From Pseudomonas phage Chuck, in sequence record OQ992557.1: 61,365 nucleotides of DNA; one strand, 5' to 3'. Within the stretch, counting starts at the first letter, position 1. Every line of letters begins with the position of its first letter. Made by a program: the position numbers and the translations under genes. The notes under the pieces are model-generated. The model saw only the letters and a program-made list of their open reading frames with translations, was not told the DNA's origin and ran no database searches. Shown here in pieces: positions 45,864 to 55,422 of the stretch.

Positions 45864-47393
45864 TCAATCCATCGACAACGCCCAGTGCTCGTGGATCGTG
45901 TTGCGGTAAGCATTCTGGAATACCACGTGAGTCTTGCCGTTGAACACGGTCGTGTTCTCCGCGCTGTTTTGGTACCCGCTGATTGCAAACGTCCCCTCCA
46001 GCTCCCCGAGGACTTGGGCAGGCGACCGCTGAATCAGCACGCAAGGCTGGAGAATATACCCGCCGCCCAAGCACTCGCGGTAGGGGCGCAGGCCCGAGGA
46101 CCACTGGCCGTTCATGCAGTGAGGCCAGACGTTGCGCAAACCGGCGTTGGTGGTGTGGAGGTTGTATGGAGGCGAGCTGCTGACGGTCGGACCACCTATG
46201 CCTTCGGAGTTGGACGAACCGTAGGACGAACGGTTGCCGTGGTAGTTCCACGCTCCTTCCGGGCTGCGCAGGTAAAGGGTTGCCCACAGGTTCTCGCTTT
46301 CCGGGTAGTTCTGAGTGCCCGGCCCTGGGTACACGCCGTGGGTGTAGCTCACGTATGAATAACGCCACTCCGCGGACCGGGAGGTGTCGTTGATGGGGCA
46401 GAGCGAACCCCCGACTGCGAGCGGGTACGGGTATTGATTGGGCGTAGCATACGGGAGGATGAAACCAAGATAGCCTCCCTCATAGTTCGTGCCGACCTTG
46501 ACACAGAACCGGAAGGAGCGGCCAGAAGCCACCATCCAGTACGGCATGGTGGTGTTCCACAGCGGGACCATCGGGGTTGCCCGAGTGTATTGCGCCCCGT
46601 AGCCCGGGAGGGCTCCCGGTTGGTTGAACCAGGAAGGCTCGTTGGCGTCATAGCCCGTGTATCCGTTCATGAACAGGTTGTACCAACCCGCTGCGCTGTC
46701 GTACTCCGCCCGGATGCCGGTGTAGATTTCGTCCAGACCCGAGTTGCCCAGGGCCTTTAGGATGACCTCCGACCCAAAGTGGTTGGCCACCGTCCCGTCC
46801 GCTTCGAGCAGGAGGAGTTCCTGCCACCCGATGTAGCTCACCGCCTGAGTCGCGTCCCAGATGATCTTCCAATACAGGTGCGAACCGGGGGTGCCGGGCA
46901 CGGCGAAGTCCCGGCGCTCCCCGGCGGACCAGTTCGGCGCGTTCGAGACGGTCAGGGCCGTAGTCCAGGCGGTTCCGTCATCCGAGTATTGGAGCCGGAA
47001 GGACTTGGGGGCATAGCTCGCGTAGCTGGTCCCAATAGGGGCCTTGATGCGCACGGTCTTGACTTCGCGCGCCTGTCGCAGTTTCCATTGACCATAGCTG
47101 CTCCCGGCGGAGAAGCCTGAGTTGGTGTACCAGAAGGACTCCTGACTGTTCGAGGCGGGATTGTTCGTGTTCAGCGACCGCGGATCATAGCGGAATGTGT
47201 GAATTTGTTTCCGACCGTTACCCGTGAAGGAGTCCGGGAGGCTGGTGGTGTACGTGTCAAGATTATCCCGGCGGACGCGCAGCGCCTGCCAAGCCTGACC
47301 ATCCGCCACCAGGGTCGCGTTCGTGGTAAGAAAGGCGACGATCTTGCTGAAGAAGTCCTCAAAGTTCGTCGCGGTTCCGATTTCGTTTGCCAT
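45864..47393 (-). CDS. tail protein with discoidin (F5/8 type C)-like carbohydrate-binding domain (509 aa)
   Basis: SFRLQYSDDGTAWTTAL...YWKIIWDA pattern. Confidence 0.5.
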   Translation of the reverse strand: MANEIGTATNFEDFFSKIVAFLTTNATLVADGQAWQALRVRRDNLDTYTTSLPDSFTGNGRKQIHTFRYDPRSLNTNNPASNSQESFWYTNSGFSAGSSYGQWKLRQAREVKTVRIKAPIGTSYASYAPKSFRLQYSDDGTAWTTALTVSNAPNWSAGERRDFAVPGTPGSHLYWKIIWDATQAVSYIGWQELLLLEADGTVANHFGSEVILKALGNSGLDEIYTGIRAEYDSAAGWYNLFMNGYTGYDANEPSWFNQPGALPGYGAQYTRATPMVPLWNTTMPYWMVASGRSFRFCVKVGTNYEGGYLGFILPYATPNQYPYPLAVGGSLCPINDTSRSAEWRYSYVSYTHGVYPGPGTQNYPESENLWATLYLRSPEGAWNYHGNRSSYGSSNSEGIGGPTVSSSPPYNLHTTNAGLRNVWPHCMNGQWSSGLRPYRECLGGGYILQPCVLIQRSPAQVLGELEGTFAISGYQNSAENTTVFNGKTHVVFQNAYRNTIHEHWALSMD

Positions 47394-47402
47394 ATCTCAT
47401 CC

Positions 47403-50228
47403 TCAGCCGTTGTTCACAACCTGGCGGACCGCGCCAGCGTTGCGTTGGATCACGTTCAGCAGGACCCGCTCGCCCGAGGAGCTGGTCAGGTAGTCCTGCA
47501 TCAGGTTCGGGTCGATCACGTTCACAACCCGGATCGCGGACCCACCGCCCTGCTGCCCCTCGCCACCGCCCTGACGCGCTTCGTCCCGCTCCTGGGTCGG
47601 AGTACGGACAGACACCTGTTCGCCAGGCGTAGCACGGAAGGCGACCAGCTGCGAGTCCGTCCCGCCCGTCCCGCCCACGGTGAAGTCACCGCCGAAGGCA
47701 AAGCCCGGCGTTTGGGCGATGATCTGGGCGACGTTCGCAGCAGCCACCGCGCCGGTCGCCGCCGCGAGGGCGTAGTTGGCCGGGGGCGGAGCGGAGGCCA
47801 GGGCCTTCTGAACCGCCAGCACGCCGTCGATGGTCGCCGTGGTGATCGCCGCCGCCTTGCCGATTGCCGCCAGCTTCTTGTTCTCCGACCGGGACAGCCC
47901 GGACAGGGTGGAGAAGAAGTTGCGCTGGGTGGACAGGTTCTGCTCAGTGATCTGGGCCTGGACCCGGGCCTTCAATTGCTGGGCGGTCTGCTCGCTGATG
48001 AGGTCGGCTTGCCGCATCTCATCAATCCGCGCGTACATCTGCTCATACTGCGACAACATCGCCTGCTGGGCTTCGACCGTACCCGCGAGAAGGTCCGCGT
48101 TGGACTCCACCAGGAACTGGTTTGCCTGGGCCTGCGTGATCGCCCCCGCGGCCAGCAGCTCGTTGATCGCCGTGAGCTGGGCGGTGAACTCCTGCTGGGG
48201 TCCGAGGATAGCTTGGAGGACCTGGTTGCGGGTTTCCGCCGCCCGGGTTTCCGCCTGAATGAGGGTCAGCTTCTCGCGGAGCTGCTTCAGCTCCTGGTCC
48301 CCGAGGATGATGCCTTGATAGCGCAGGTCCTGTTCGATGTAGCGCAACTGCTGTTCGACCTCGCGCTGCTCCGAGGTGAGGCGCAGCAGCTCGCGCTCCT
48401 CCTCCAGCTGGCGGTTGATCGCGCCCATCGGGTCCAGGGCGTCCTTCAGCTGCTCCTCGATCAGCGCCAGGACCTGGGCCTTGCGCTCCGCGGTGATCAG
48501 GCCCGCGCGCTCCGCTTTGTCGAGCAAGGCGAGGGCGTTGGCGTACTCCTGCTGAGCCGCCCAGACACGGTCATAGGACCCGACCAGCTGGTTGAGTTCA
48601 TCCTGAAGTTTCTTGAGGGCCTTGGCCGCCTCCTCATCGCCTTTCCCGGAGGTCCGGCGACCGCCTCCGCCACCACCCAGGTTCGGCGTCTCGACTTGAG
48701 CCGCGGCGACCCGCTCCTTGGAAATGTCGCGGGCGCGTTCGATCCAGCTGTCCAGCATCGCCTCCAGCCCGCTTTCGGATTGGGCGAGGACTTCCTGGCG
48801 GAAGCCTTCCTCAAAGTTCGTGCCGATGTTGGCACCAACGGCCTTCCAGCCCTCGATGTTGCTGGTCACCGCGGCCTTCAGTCCGTCCACATCAAGGTCC
48901 ACCGCGGCCTTCAGGGCGTTCCCGAGCTGGCGGAAGTTGTTCATGAGGGCGTCGATGACGGAGCCCACGACATTGAGGACCCCGCGCATCACGCCCCGGA
49001 TCGTCCCGCCGATCATGTCGAACACCTGGAGGACGGTGCGGACCAGCTTCAACCACCAGGCTTCCTGGTTCTGTACGCTGGCCCCGGCCTGGTCGGTCAT
49101 GTTCTCATAGGCCGTCGCCGCGGAGCCGGTCAGCCAGTTGAAGAACTCCCCGACCGTATTGGCGAGGCCGGTGATGATCGGGCCGATGTCCTCCCAGGCG
49201 GCGCGCATCAGATCGCCCAGAGTGGTCGTGTCGTCAATCCCCAGCTTGATTTCGTCCCGGAACAGGGTCAGGGCGGTGATCACGGAGGTGAGGACGATCA
49301 GGAATGCGCCCAAGGGGTTCGCGGCGATGGCCGCGTTGAGGGCGATCACCGCGGTGCGGACCGCGTTGAACGCAGCCGCGCCCCCGGCGACGATAGCGAA
49401 GCCCGCGCCCACCGACAGGAGGACCTTGGCGATGGTGTCCAGGTTGTTGCTGATGAACATGATCGCCTTGGACAGCAGCTCGCTCGCGCCGGTCGCCTCA
49501 TCGAACTTGCCAACCAGGTCCACCACGTTGTTCTGAAGGACTTGGAAGGACTGGCCGATGGTGGGGACGGACTTGGCAAACCGTTCCTCCAGCTCCGTCC
49601 GGGCGTTCTTGAAGGCGTCGAAGATGATGTCAGCGCTGATTTTGCCATCCTGGCCCATCTGACGGAGTTCGCCGCGGGTCACGTTCAGCTGCTTGGCGAT
49701 CACGTCTGCGACGGTCGGCAGCTGTTCCAGGACGGAGTTCAGTTCATCGCCGCGGAGGACGCCCGAGGCGAGGCCCTGGGCCAGCTGGATCATACCAGCT
49801 TGAGCCTCGCCCGCGCTCGCGCCGGACAGGGCGATGGCTTGGTTCAGCGACTTCGTGAAGTCGATCAGCTCCTGCTGGGACAGGCCCAGGTCCTTCGCGC
49901 TGTTGGCCAGTCGGCTGTACGTCTCCACCGTACCCTCCAGGGACTGGCGGGTGGAGTTCGAGACGTCAAGCAGCGACCGATACACCGCCCCGAGGTTCTG
50001 GGCCTCAAGGCCCGTCGCCCGGAGTCGGTTCTGGAGGTTGGTGTAGGTGTCCAGCAGGCGCACGAGTTCGCGCGCAGACAGGTACGCGCCCAGGGAGGCC
50101 AGGGCGTTCTTGAGGAAGTCCACCCCGCCCGCGGCTCCTCGCCCGGACTTGCCGATGTCCTCCAGGTTTCGCTGAACGACACGCGAGCCTCGTTCAGTGA
50201 TGACTATGTCAATGCGTTCTTCGGCCAC
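47403..50228 (-). CDS. tail tape measure protein (941 aa)
   Basis: Long helical Ala/Gln/Leu-rich protein directly after the G/GT chaperones; GTG start with GGGGAG RBS. Confidence 0.85.
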   Translation of the reverse strand: MAEERIDIVITERGSRVVQRNLEDIGKSGRGAAGGVDFLKNALASLGAYLSARELVRLLDTYTNLQNRLRATGLEAQNLGAVYRSLLDVSNSTRQSLEGTVETYSRLANSAKDLGLSQQELIDFTKSLNQAIALSGASAGEAQAGMIQLAQGLASGVLRGDELNSVLEQLPTVADVIAKQLNVTRGELRQMGQDGKISADIIFDAFKNARTELEERFAKSVPTIGQSFQVLQNNVVDLVGKFDEATGASELLSKAIMFISNNLDTIAKVLLSVGAGFAIVAGGAAAFNAVRTAVIALNAAIAANPLGAFLIVLTSVITALTLFRDEIKLGIDDTTTLGDLMRAAWEDIGPIITGLANTVGEFFNWLTGSAATAYENMTDQAGASVQNQEAWWLKLVRTVLQVFDMIGGTIRGVMRGVLNVVGSVIDALMNNFRQLGNALKAAVDLDVDGLKAAVTSNIEGWKAVGANIGTNFEEGFRQEVLAQSESGLEAMLDSWIERARDISKERVAAAQVETPNLGGGGGGRRTSGKGDEEAAKALKKLQDELNQLVGSYDRVWAAQQEYANALALLDKAERAGLITAERKAQVLALIEEQLKDALDPMGAINRQLEEERELLRLTSEQREVEQQLRYIEQDLRYQGIILGDQELKQLREKLTLIQAETRAAETRNQVLQAILGPQQEFTAQLTAINELLAAGAITQAQANQFLVESNADLLAGTVEAQQAMLSQYEQMYARIDEMRQADLISEQTAQQLKARVQAQITEQNLSTQRNFFSTLSGLSRSENKKLAAIGKAAAITTATIDGVLAVQKALASAPPPANYALAAATGAVAAANVAQIIAQTPGFAFGGDFTVGGTGGTDSQLVAFRATPGEQVSVRTPTQERDEARQGGGEGQQGGGSAIRVVNVIDPNLMQDYLTSSSGERVLLNVIQRNAGAVRQVVNNG

Positions 50229-50230
50229 CG

Positions 50231-50677
50231 TCAGCTCCCCGGGTCCCCGTCAACAACCCTTCCGAACTGTACAACCTGGGCGGCTTCGAGCACCGCCTGT
50301 TCCACGAAGTTCGCCGGGGCTTGGGCGGAATACCCGTCATTCAGTCGTTGGATGTACGGGAGGTTGTTGGTGATGTGAATCTCCTCCCCGTAATTGTACC
50401 CGCGAATGACCGATTCAGCTTGGTCAATTGCGGCCTGAGTGTTGGCAGCTTCAGTGCTGCCCGCCTCGCCGGGCGAGTAGGCGTCAATCACGGAGGAGGG
50501 GGCGGAGCCAATCGCGGCGATCCAGTTGGATCGGGCGCGGCCCGTGTCCACGGGCGTCCCGGACACCACGGCTTGATCCGCGGCGAGGGCGACCTTGCGA
50601 GTGAGAGCGTCAGCGCCCTCCGCGACCTTTCGGCCCCGGAGGGTAATGCGTCGGCTGAACTCACTTAGACTTGGCAC
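50231..50677 (-). CDS. putative tail component (about 148 aa)
   Basis: Probable GTG start after GGAG, overlapping the end of the T-extension. Confidence 0.4.
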   Translation of the reverse strand: MPSLSEFSRRITLRGRKVAEGADALTRKVALAADQAVVSGTPVDTGRARSNWIAAIGSAPSSVIDAYSPGEAGSTEAANTQAAIDQAESVIRGYNYGEEIHITNNLPYIQRLNDGYSAQAPANFVEQAVLEAAQVVQFGRVVDGDPGS

Positions 50678-51017
50678 GGGCTGCGCTCCACTGTAGATAC
50701 TTCTGGTCAAGTCGCTGGATGAACCAAACAAAGTCCTCCTGCTGCTCGCCCTCGATCCCGTTGATCATACAATACTCCAGTATGGACAACAACGGGATAG
50801 GTCCCAGGCCCGTGCCGATTTGCCTACATGACGTCAGGTCCAAAAATCCGATGTAGTACAGCTCCGAACCAAGGGTCAACTCCGGGGCGTTCTGTATGCG
50901 GTCGGGCAAGGGCATCCCGAACCGCATACACTGCTCGATGATCTTCTGCTCTACTGGGCCTTGCTCGAAGCCGTAGCAGAGGACTTCCCAGAGTTTCCCA
51001 GGTCCGTCTCCCGTACC
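50661..51017 (-). CDS. tail assembly chaperone T-extension (GT), -1 frame, no RBS of its own
   Basis: The -1 frame is open from about 51017 through 50661 and overlaps the last 22 codons of G. Slippery GGGAAAC lies at about 50993-50999. Confidence 0.55.
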   Translation of the reverse strand, partial: GTGDGPGKLWEVLCYGFEQGPVEQKIIEQCMRFGMPLPDRIQNAPELTLGSELYYIGFLDLTSCRQIGTGLGPIPLLSILEYCMINGIEGEQQEDFVWFIQRLDQKYLQWSAARAKSK

Positions 51018-51409
51018 TCATCGCGGAACAGCGCCACGTTGGCGGATTGCTCGCGGAGGTCCACGAACAGGTCCGGCAGGTCCTCGAACAGCTTCAGGAC
51101 GTTCTCCTTGTTGAAGTCCATCGGCTGGCCGTCCGGGCCTTCCACGTTGATCCAATCCAGCACCACCGTCTCCGCGAACACTTCCTTGTACAGGCGGTCC
51201 GCGGTCTTGTTGTCCAGCATCCCGGTCTGGATGGCCTTCTTGTACGGGCGGGTGGCCTTCTCCAGCGCCTTCGAGAAGGCGACGTTGTGGCCCCCGGCAC
51301 GCGCGATCTTGATGCGAATCGGCTTGCCGTCCGCCGTTTGGCCGTACTCCAGCCAAATGCCGTCCGTTTCCAGGTTCTCGTTGGTCTTGAACAGTTTGTA
51401 CAGGCTCAT
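50951..51409 (-). CDS. tail assembly chaperone G (152 aa, acidic)
   Basis: ATG 51409 (MSLYKLFKTNE...) after GGAGAA; sits between the major tail protein and TMP. Confidence 0.6.
   Translation of the reverse strand: MSLYKLFKTNENLETDGIWLEYGQTADGKPIRIKIARAGGHNVAFSKALEKATRPYKKAIQTGMLDNKTADRLYKEVFAETVVLDWINVEGPDGQPMDFNKENVLKLFEDLPDLFVDLREQSANVALFRDEVRETDLGNSGKSSATASSKAQ
50993..50999 (-). other. programmed -1 ribosomal frameshift site G GGA AAC in the tail assembly chaperone
   Basis: XXXYYYZ heptamer in the G reading frame 14 codons before its stop; the -1 frame is open on both sides. Confidence 0.5.
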
Positions 51410-51438
51410 TCTCTGTTTCTCCACGTAGGGTGAGGGAA

Positions 51439-51458
51439 GGGAGGGCCGGAGCCCTCCC
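51439..51458 (-). terminator. GC hairpin H3 (GGGAGGGC-CGGA-GCCCTCCC) between major tail protein and chaperone genes
   Basis: Identical to H2; plausible attenuator setting major tail to chaperone stoichiometry. Confidence 0.4.
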
Positions 51459-51471
51459 CAGGCTCCGTTGA

Positions 51472-53004
51472 TTATACGTCAGCCGCGTTCGGAAGGTAAG
51501 GGAATTCATTGAGCAGCAGGGTGTAACCCGCCGCGCTTTCCGCCGCGTCCACCGACAGGGGCAGGGTGATCGGCTGGTCCTGCTCCACGTTCAGGCGTCC
51601 ATCGCCCAGGGCGAGCAGCGGGATGTCCCACACCAGACCGGCGTTGTTCTTCACCAAGGCGAAGTCCAGCGTCACGTCCGAGTTGTTGCGCACCGCCTGG
51701 ACCGCCGCGATGTCCGCGAAGTAGGCCGTGACGTTGCCCGACACCTGGAAGGTGCCCGCGGAAACGTCGAAGGCCCCCAGGACAGCGACCGCCTTGTTGG
51801 GCGAGACGTTGTTGTTGATCGTCAGCGTCAGCTCCGTCAGGAAGGCGAACAGCGCAGTGGGGTTCGAGTTGCCTGCGGTCAGCAGGTGCATCTTGATCCG
51901 GCTGAAGTCCGAGGAGGTGTTGAAGGCCGGTGCGTCCACGAGGTCGGGACGGGTGCCCGACTTCACGCCCACGGAGCCGTCGCGCTGTTCGTTGTCGGTC
52001 GCCACGAAGCTCAGATCAACCGTGACCTTGTCGGCCTGGCGAATCTGGAGGCTCAGTTCATTCGGGACCGCGCCCACCAGGTACTCCGACATGGTGCCGT
52101 TGGCGTCCTGGCCCAGGGTACGTTCGAGCTGGTAGGTGCGGCGCTTGATCAGGTTGGCGTCCCGCTCGTTCTTGATCACGTTGCCGTAGAACAGCTGGAT
52201 GGTCTTGGCCGTGCCCGTCTCCGCCACCATGGTGCCGGCGGTCTTGTCAAACTCGATGTAGGTGGCCGCGACCGCCCGGACGCGGGCGAAGCCGTTGTTG
52301 GCGGCGTTGGTGAACTTGGTCGCCGCCGCGTCCCCGCCGATGAACACCCACTCGCCCACTACAAGGCCCAGGGTCGTCAGGTCCTTCGTGCCCGAGCCGC
52401 GGACCAGGCGCGGATAGCTGCCCGACACGTCGATGTTCATTTCAGCGGAGCCGAACTGGAAACCGACCTTGATCAGCTTCGCGGTCGCCGGGGGCGTCTC
52501 GTCCACTGCGGTTTGAGTCACCACCACGGTCAAGGCGGTGGAGCTGGCGACGTTCTTCAGGCCGTTGTTCGAGGCCTGACCGAAGCCGGAGGCGAGGGCC
52601 AGATCACCGGCGAGGAACTGCGACCCCACCGTGCCCGAGCCCAGGGTGTAGGTCTTGCTGGTGCCCGTCACGCCGGAGAAGGGCACGGCGGTTCCGTTGG
52701 TCGGGATGTTGCTGGCCTTCTCGCGGATGTCCGCGAAGAAGAAGCCCTGAAGCAGGCGGGTCAGGTTGTTCTGGGTCAGGTCCTGACCGAAACCGCCCGA
52801 GGCGTCCAGGTCCGTGGTCACGCCCTTCTTGCGCTGGCGGGACGGGTTGATGGGGTTCCGGGCGACCGTGGTCAGCTGACCACCAAAGTCATTGTAGCCG
52901 TTGGGCTCCAGCGGATACCACACCGGCGACACGGGCAGGTTCTTGATCGTGTCCTCCTCCGCGTAGCGGAGGCCGGTGACGTTCGAGTCAATCTTGTTAG
53001 CCAT
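51472..53004 (-). CDS. major tail protein (510 aa)
   Basis: Thr/Gly/Ala/Asn-rich protein directly upstream of the chaperones; GAGGAG RBS. Confidence 0.65.
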   Translation of the reverse strand: MANKIDSNVTGLRYAEEDTIKNLPVSPVWYPLEPNGYNDFGGQLTTVARNPINPSRQRKKGVTTDLDASGGFGQDLTQNNLTRLLQGFFFADIREKASNIPTNGTAVPFSGVTGTSKTYTLGSGTVGSQFLAGDLALASGFGQASNNGLKNVASSTALTVVVTQTAVDETPPATAKLIKVGFQFGSAEMNIDVSGSYPRLVRGSGTKDLTTLGLVVGEWVFIGGDAAATKFTNAANNGFARVRAVAATYIEFDKTAGTMVAETGTAKTIQLFYGNVIKNERDANLIKRRTYQLERTLGQDANGTMSEYLVGAVPNELSLQIRQADKVTVDLSFVATDNEQRDGSVGVKSGTRPDLVDAPAFNTSSDFSRIKMHLLTAGNSNPTALFAFLTELTLTINNNVSPNKAVAVLGAFDVSAGTFQVSGNVTAYFADIAAVQAVRNNSDVTLDFALVKNNAGLVWDIPLLALGDGRLNVEQDQPITLPLSVDAAESAAGYTLLLNEFPYLPNAADV

Positions 53005-53037
53005 GGTTGTAACTCCTCAATTCAAGTGGCAAGGGGT

Positions 53038-53490
53038 TCATCGCAGTTCGTCATACTCGAACTCCACCACCACGTTCATCTGATACCACGCGCCGTCCGG
53101 GCCAATCTCCTGGATGCGTGCGTTGCGGAACCAAATGCCGCTCGCGGTGCCTCGCCCCTCGAAGGCGTCCCGGGCGATTATCGCGCATTTTTCAGCAAGA
53201 GACAAGCCTTGCCCCCCGGACAGCGGTGTGAAAACTTGTACCGTGATCAGTCCGGGACGGGTAAAGCGGCGACCGCCGGTGGGTCCGAAGGTCGCCTGCC
53301 GCGAAGTCGCGTGGCGCAACGTGATTCGGGCATAGGGCTTGTCCGCGGGCGGAGGGTCGCCCGCGTCCACCCCGGGCCACTCCACGCGGATCGGAGCCCC
53401 GCCGTTGAGGGCCGGGGTGTCCGTGGTCCATTTGGTGTTGAACAGCCCAAGGATTTCGTCGCGGGCGCTGTCAAAGGTCGGGAGGGTCAT
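53038..53490 (-). CDS. tail terminator / neck protein (putative, 150 aa)
   Basis: Position between head-tail joining genes and the major tail protein. Confidence 0.4.
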   Translation of the reverse strand: MTLPTFDSARDEILGLFNTKWTTDTPALNGGAPIRVEWPGVDAGDPPPADKPYARITLRHATSRQATFGPTGGRRFTRPGLITVQVFTPLSGGQGLSLAEKCAIIARDAFEGRGTASGIWFRNARIQEIGPDGAWYQMNVVVEFEYDELR

Positions 53491-53855
53491 TGGCGCACCT
53501 GCAATTCATACATGATCGCTTGCCCGTTCGGGTTCAGCGGTTTCACGGCGATGACCTTCCAGACCTCCAGGCCCCGCAGCACCAAGCCTTCGACCTCCGG
53601 CGGAGCCGTCAGGCCCTCCGCGGGCATGAACACGCGCTGGTCGCCCATGCGGATCGTCTGGCCGTCGATGTAGCGTTGCTCATAGTCCAGGAACACCGCC
53701 TCAATGGGCTGGTCCGCCGCGACGTTGCCGCCCGGCTTCCACGGCTTCGCCGGATCGGGAGCGGCCCCGGCGGTGAAGCCCCGGAGGGTCACGGCCTGGC
53801 CGTTCTTCTTGATCAGCTTCTTGGCCAGCGCGATAGCGGAGTCAAACCGTGCCAT
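53487..53855 (-). CDS. head-tail joining / head completion protein (122 aa)
   Basis: Position and size; coupled starts. Confidence 0.45.
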   Translation of the reverse strand: MARFDSAIALAKKLIKKNGQAVTLRGFTAGAAPDPAKPWKPGGNVAADQPIEAVFLDYEQRYIDGQTIRMGDQRVFMPAEGLTAPPEVEGLVLRGLEVWKVIAVKPLNPNGQAIMYELQVRQ

Positions 53856-53858
53856 GGA

Positions 53859-54377
53859 TCACCCCCGCAGCAACGTGCCGCCGGAGCGGACAAGGCCCGC
53901 GCGGACCAGCTTCTGGTCCGCCGCCGGGTATTTGGGCATCTGGAACACGGCCCCGCCCACGAAGGTGACGGACTCGCTGATGGGTCCGACCGCCTCCGAC
54001 TTCGACAGGACCGCCACGCCCGAGGCGTTCCGCTCCGGGTCGGGGTTCAGCTCCGCGGCGAGGGCGCGCAGGGCGTACTCCGCGCAGGCTTCCTTCACCT
54101 CCGGCGGGATGCCGTTGATGTAGTAGCTGTCACGGTCCCGGGCGTCCGAACGGGGCCACTCCGTGGTCTGGTCGCGGCCCAGCCGCTTCTTGCCCACGAA
54201 GTTGAACCGCTGGTCCAGGTAGTCGGTCGCGCGGATGACCGCGGCCTCAATCTGAGGGTCCGTGGAGCCCGCGAAGGAGTTGCCCCGGTCCGTGTGGTAG
54301 GTCTTGAACTCCTCCACGCTGATGTAGGCGTTCGCCCCGGCGACGGCTCCCGTGTTGTCTTGGACGATCAAGGCCAT
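53859..54377 (-). CDS. head-tail connector (gp6-like adaptor, 172 aa)
   Basis: N-terminal pattern typical of phage head-tail adaptors; ATG overlaps the endolysin stop (ATGA). Confidence 0.5.
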   Translation of the reverse strand: MALIVQDNTGAVAGANAYISVEEFKTYHTDRGNSFAGSTDPQIEAAVIRATDYLDQRFNFVGKKRLGRDQTTEWPRSDARDRDSYYINGIPPEVKEACAEYALRALAAELNPDPERNASGVAVLSKSEAVGPISESVTFVGGAVFQMPKYPAADQKLVRAGLVRSGGTLLRG

Positions 54378-55102
54378 CACGTCCTCCAGAAGGCTTGATA
54401 TTTGGCCCGGCGGATCGTCAGGACGTTCCGCACGTGGCTCCGGTTGATCTCATACCAGCTCCGGTTCCCGTACCCGGGCTGAGGGACGCGGGACTTGAGG
54501 CTGGTGCGTTCTACGTGCCCAAACCAACGGGCCGGGTCGCATCCGCGGGTGTTCGAGCACAGGCGGCGATCCTGGAGGACGCCCGCCGCCCCGCCGTTGT
54601 AGCTGGACAGGACGAAGGCCCACTGGTCCGTGACCGTCGCGCCCGGGTTCGCGGCGATCCTCCGCCACAGGCCCCGGTTCATTTCCACGATGGCCGTGAG
54701 CTGGAAGCCCGGGTCATAGCGGTTCTCCCAGGTCCAGTCCCGGAGGGAGGCGTGGGTGCTGCGCAGCTCGTTGAACACGTTCATGCGTTCGGAGCCGTCC
54801 GGGCGATAGGCGACCGTGACCTGACCGAAGCCGAAACCGTATTCACGATGGGTGCGCAGCTCCGCCCGCGGGTTCCAGCAGCGGGAGTGCGTCAAGCTGA
54901 TACAGCTTTCCTGCTCCACCAGACCGGCGAGGGTCCAGGGCTCCGGGGCTTGCGGCCAGACCGCCTCCTGCTTCTCGACCAGCACGGGCGCATACACCTT
55001 CGCCCCCGAAGGGACGAAGGTGCGGGCGTCCTGGGCGAGGGCGACGGAGCCGAAGGCCCAGCAGAGGACCGCGAAGGCGAAGTGAATCAGGCTTTTGCCC
55101 AT
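54377..55102 (-). CDS. endolysin, lytic transglycosylase (SLT domain) with N-terminal signal or SAR sequence
   Basis: ATG 55102 (MGKSLIHFAFAVLCWAFGSVALAQDA); catalytic E-S motif LVEQESCISLT and GFGQVTVAY. Confidence 0.7.
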   Translation of the reverse strand: MGKSLIHFAFAVLCWAFGSVALAQDARTFVPSGAKVYAPVLVEKQEAVWPQAPEPWTLAGLVEQESCISLTHSRCWNPRAELRTHREYGFGFGQVTVAYRPDGSERMNVFNELRSTHASLRDWTWENRYDPGFQLTAIVEMNRGLWRRIAANPGATVTDQWAFVLSSYNGGAAGVLQDRRLCSNTRGCDPARWFGHVERTSLKSRVPQPGYGNRSWYEINRSHVRNVLTIRRAKYQAFWRT

Positions 55103-55422
55103 AGTACCAATCCCAGGAAGGTGAAGCAGACGGTCAGGGCGACGGCGAGGACCACGAGGCCCCCAGCCACCGAGCCCTCCCGGGCATGCGCGAGCCATTC
55201 CGATAGGTCCACCTGGGGTAGTACCACACGGGTGATCACAACGGTGATTCCCGCCAGCGCGAGGGCAAACGCTGTCCACTGCGCGAGCGTAACCACCATG
55301 GCCGGGTCGATCAGCAGCAACGGGACGATGCTGGCGATGAGCAGAACCCAAGCCGTCATGTCGAAGAAGGGCGCGAGGCGCTTGCGCAGTCGGGCAAAGA
55401 AGCGGGTGACGGCGATGTTCAT
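55087..55422 (-). CDS. holin-like membrane protein (112 aa, 2-3 TM)
   Basis: ATG 55422 with GGAGA RBS; position between spanin and endolysin genes. Confidence 0.45.
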   Translation of the reverse strand: MNIAVTRFFARLRKRLAPFFDMTAWVLLIASIVPLLLIDPAMVVTLAQWTAFALALAGITVVITRVVLPQVDLSEWLAHAREGSVAGGLVVLAVALTVCFTFLGLVLWAKA

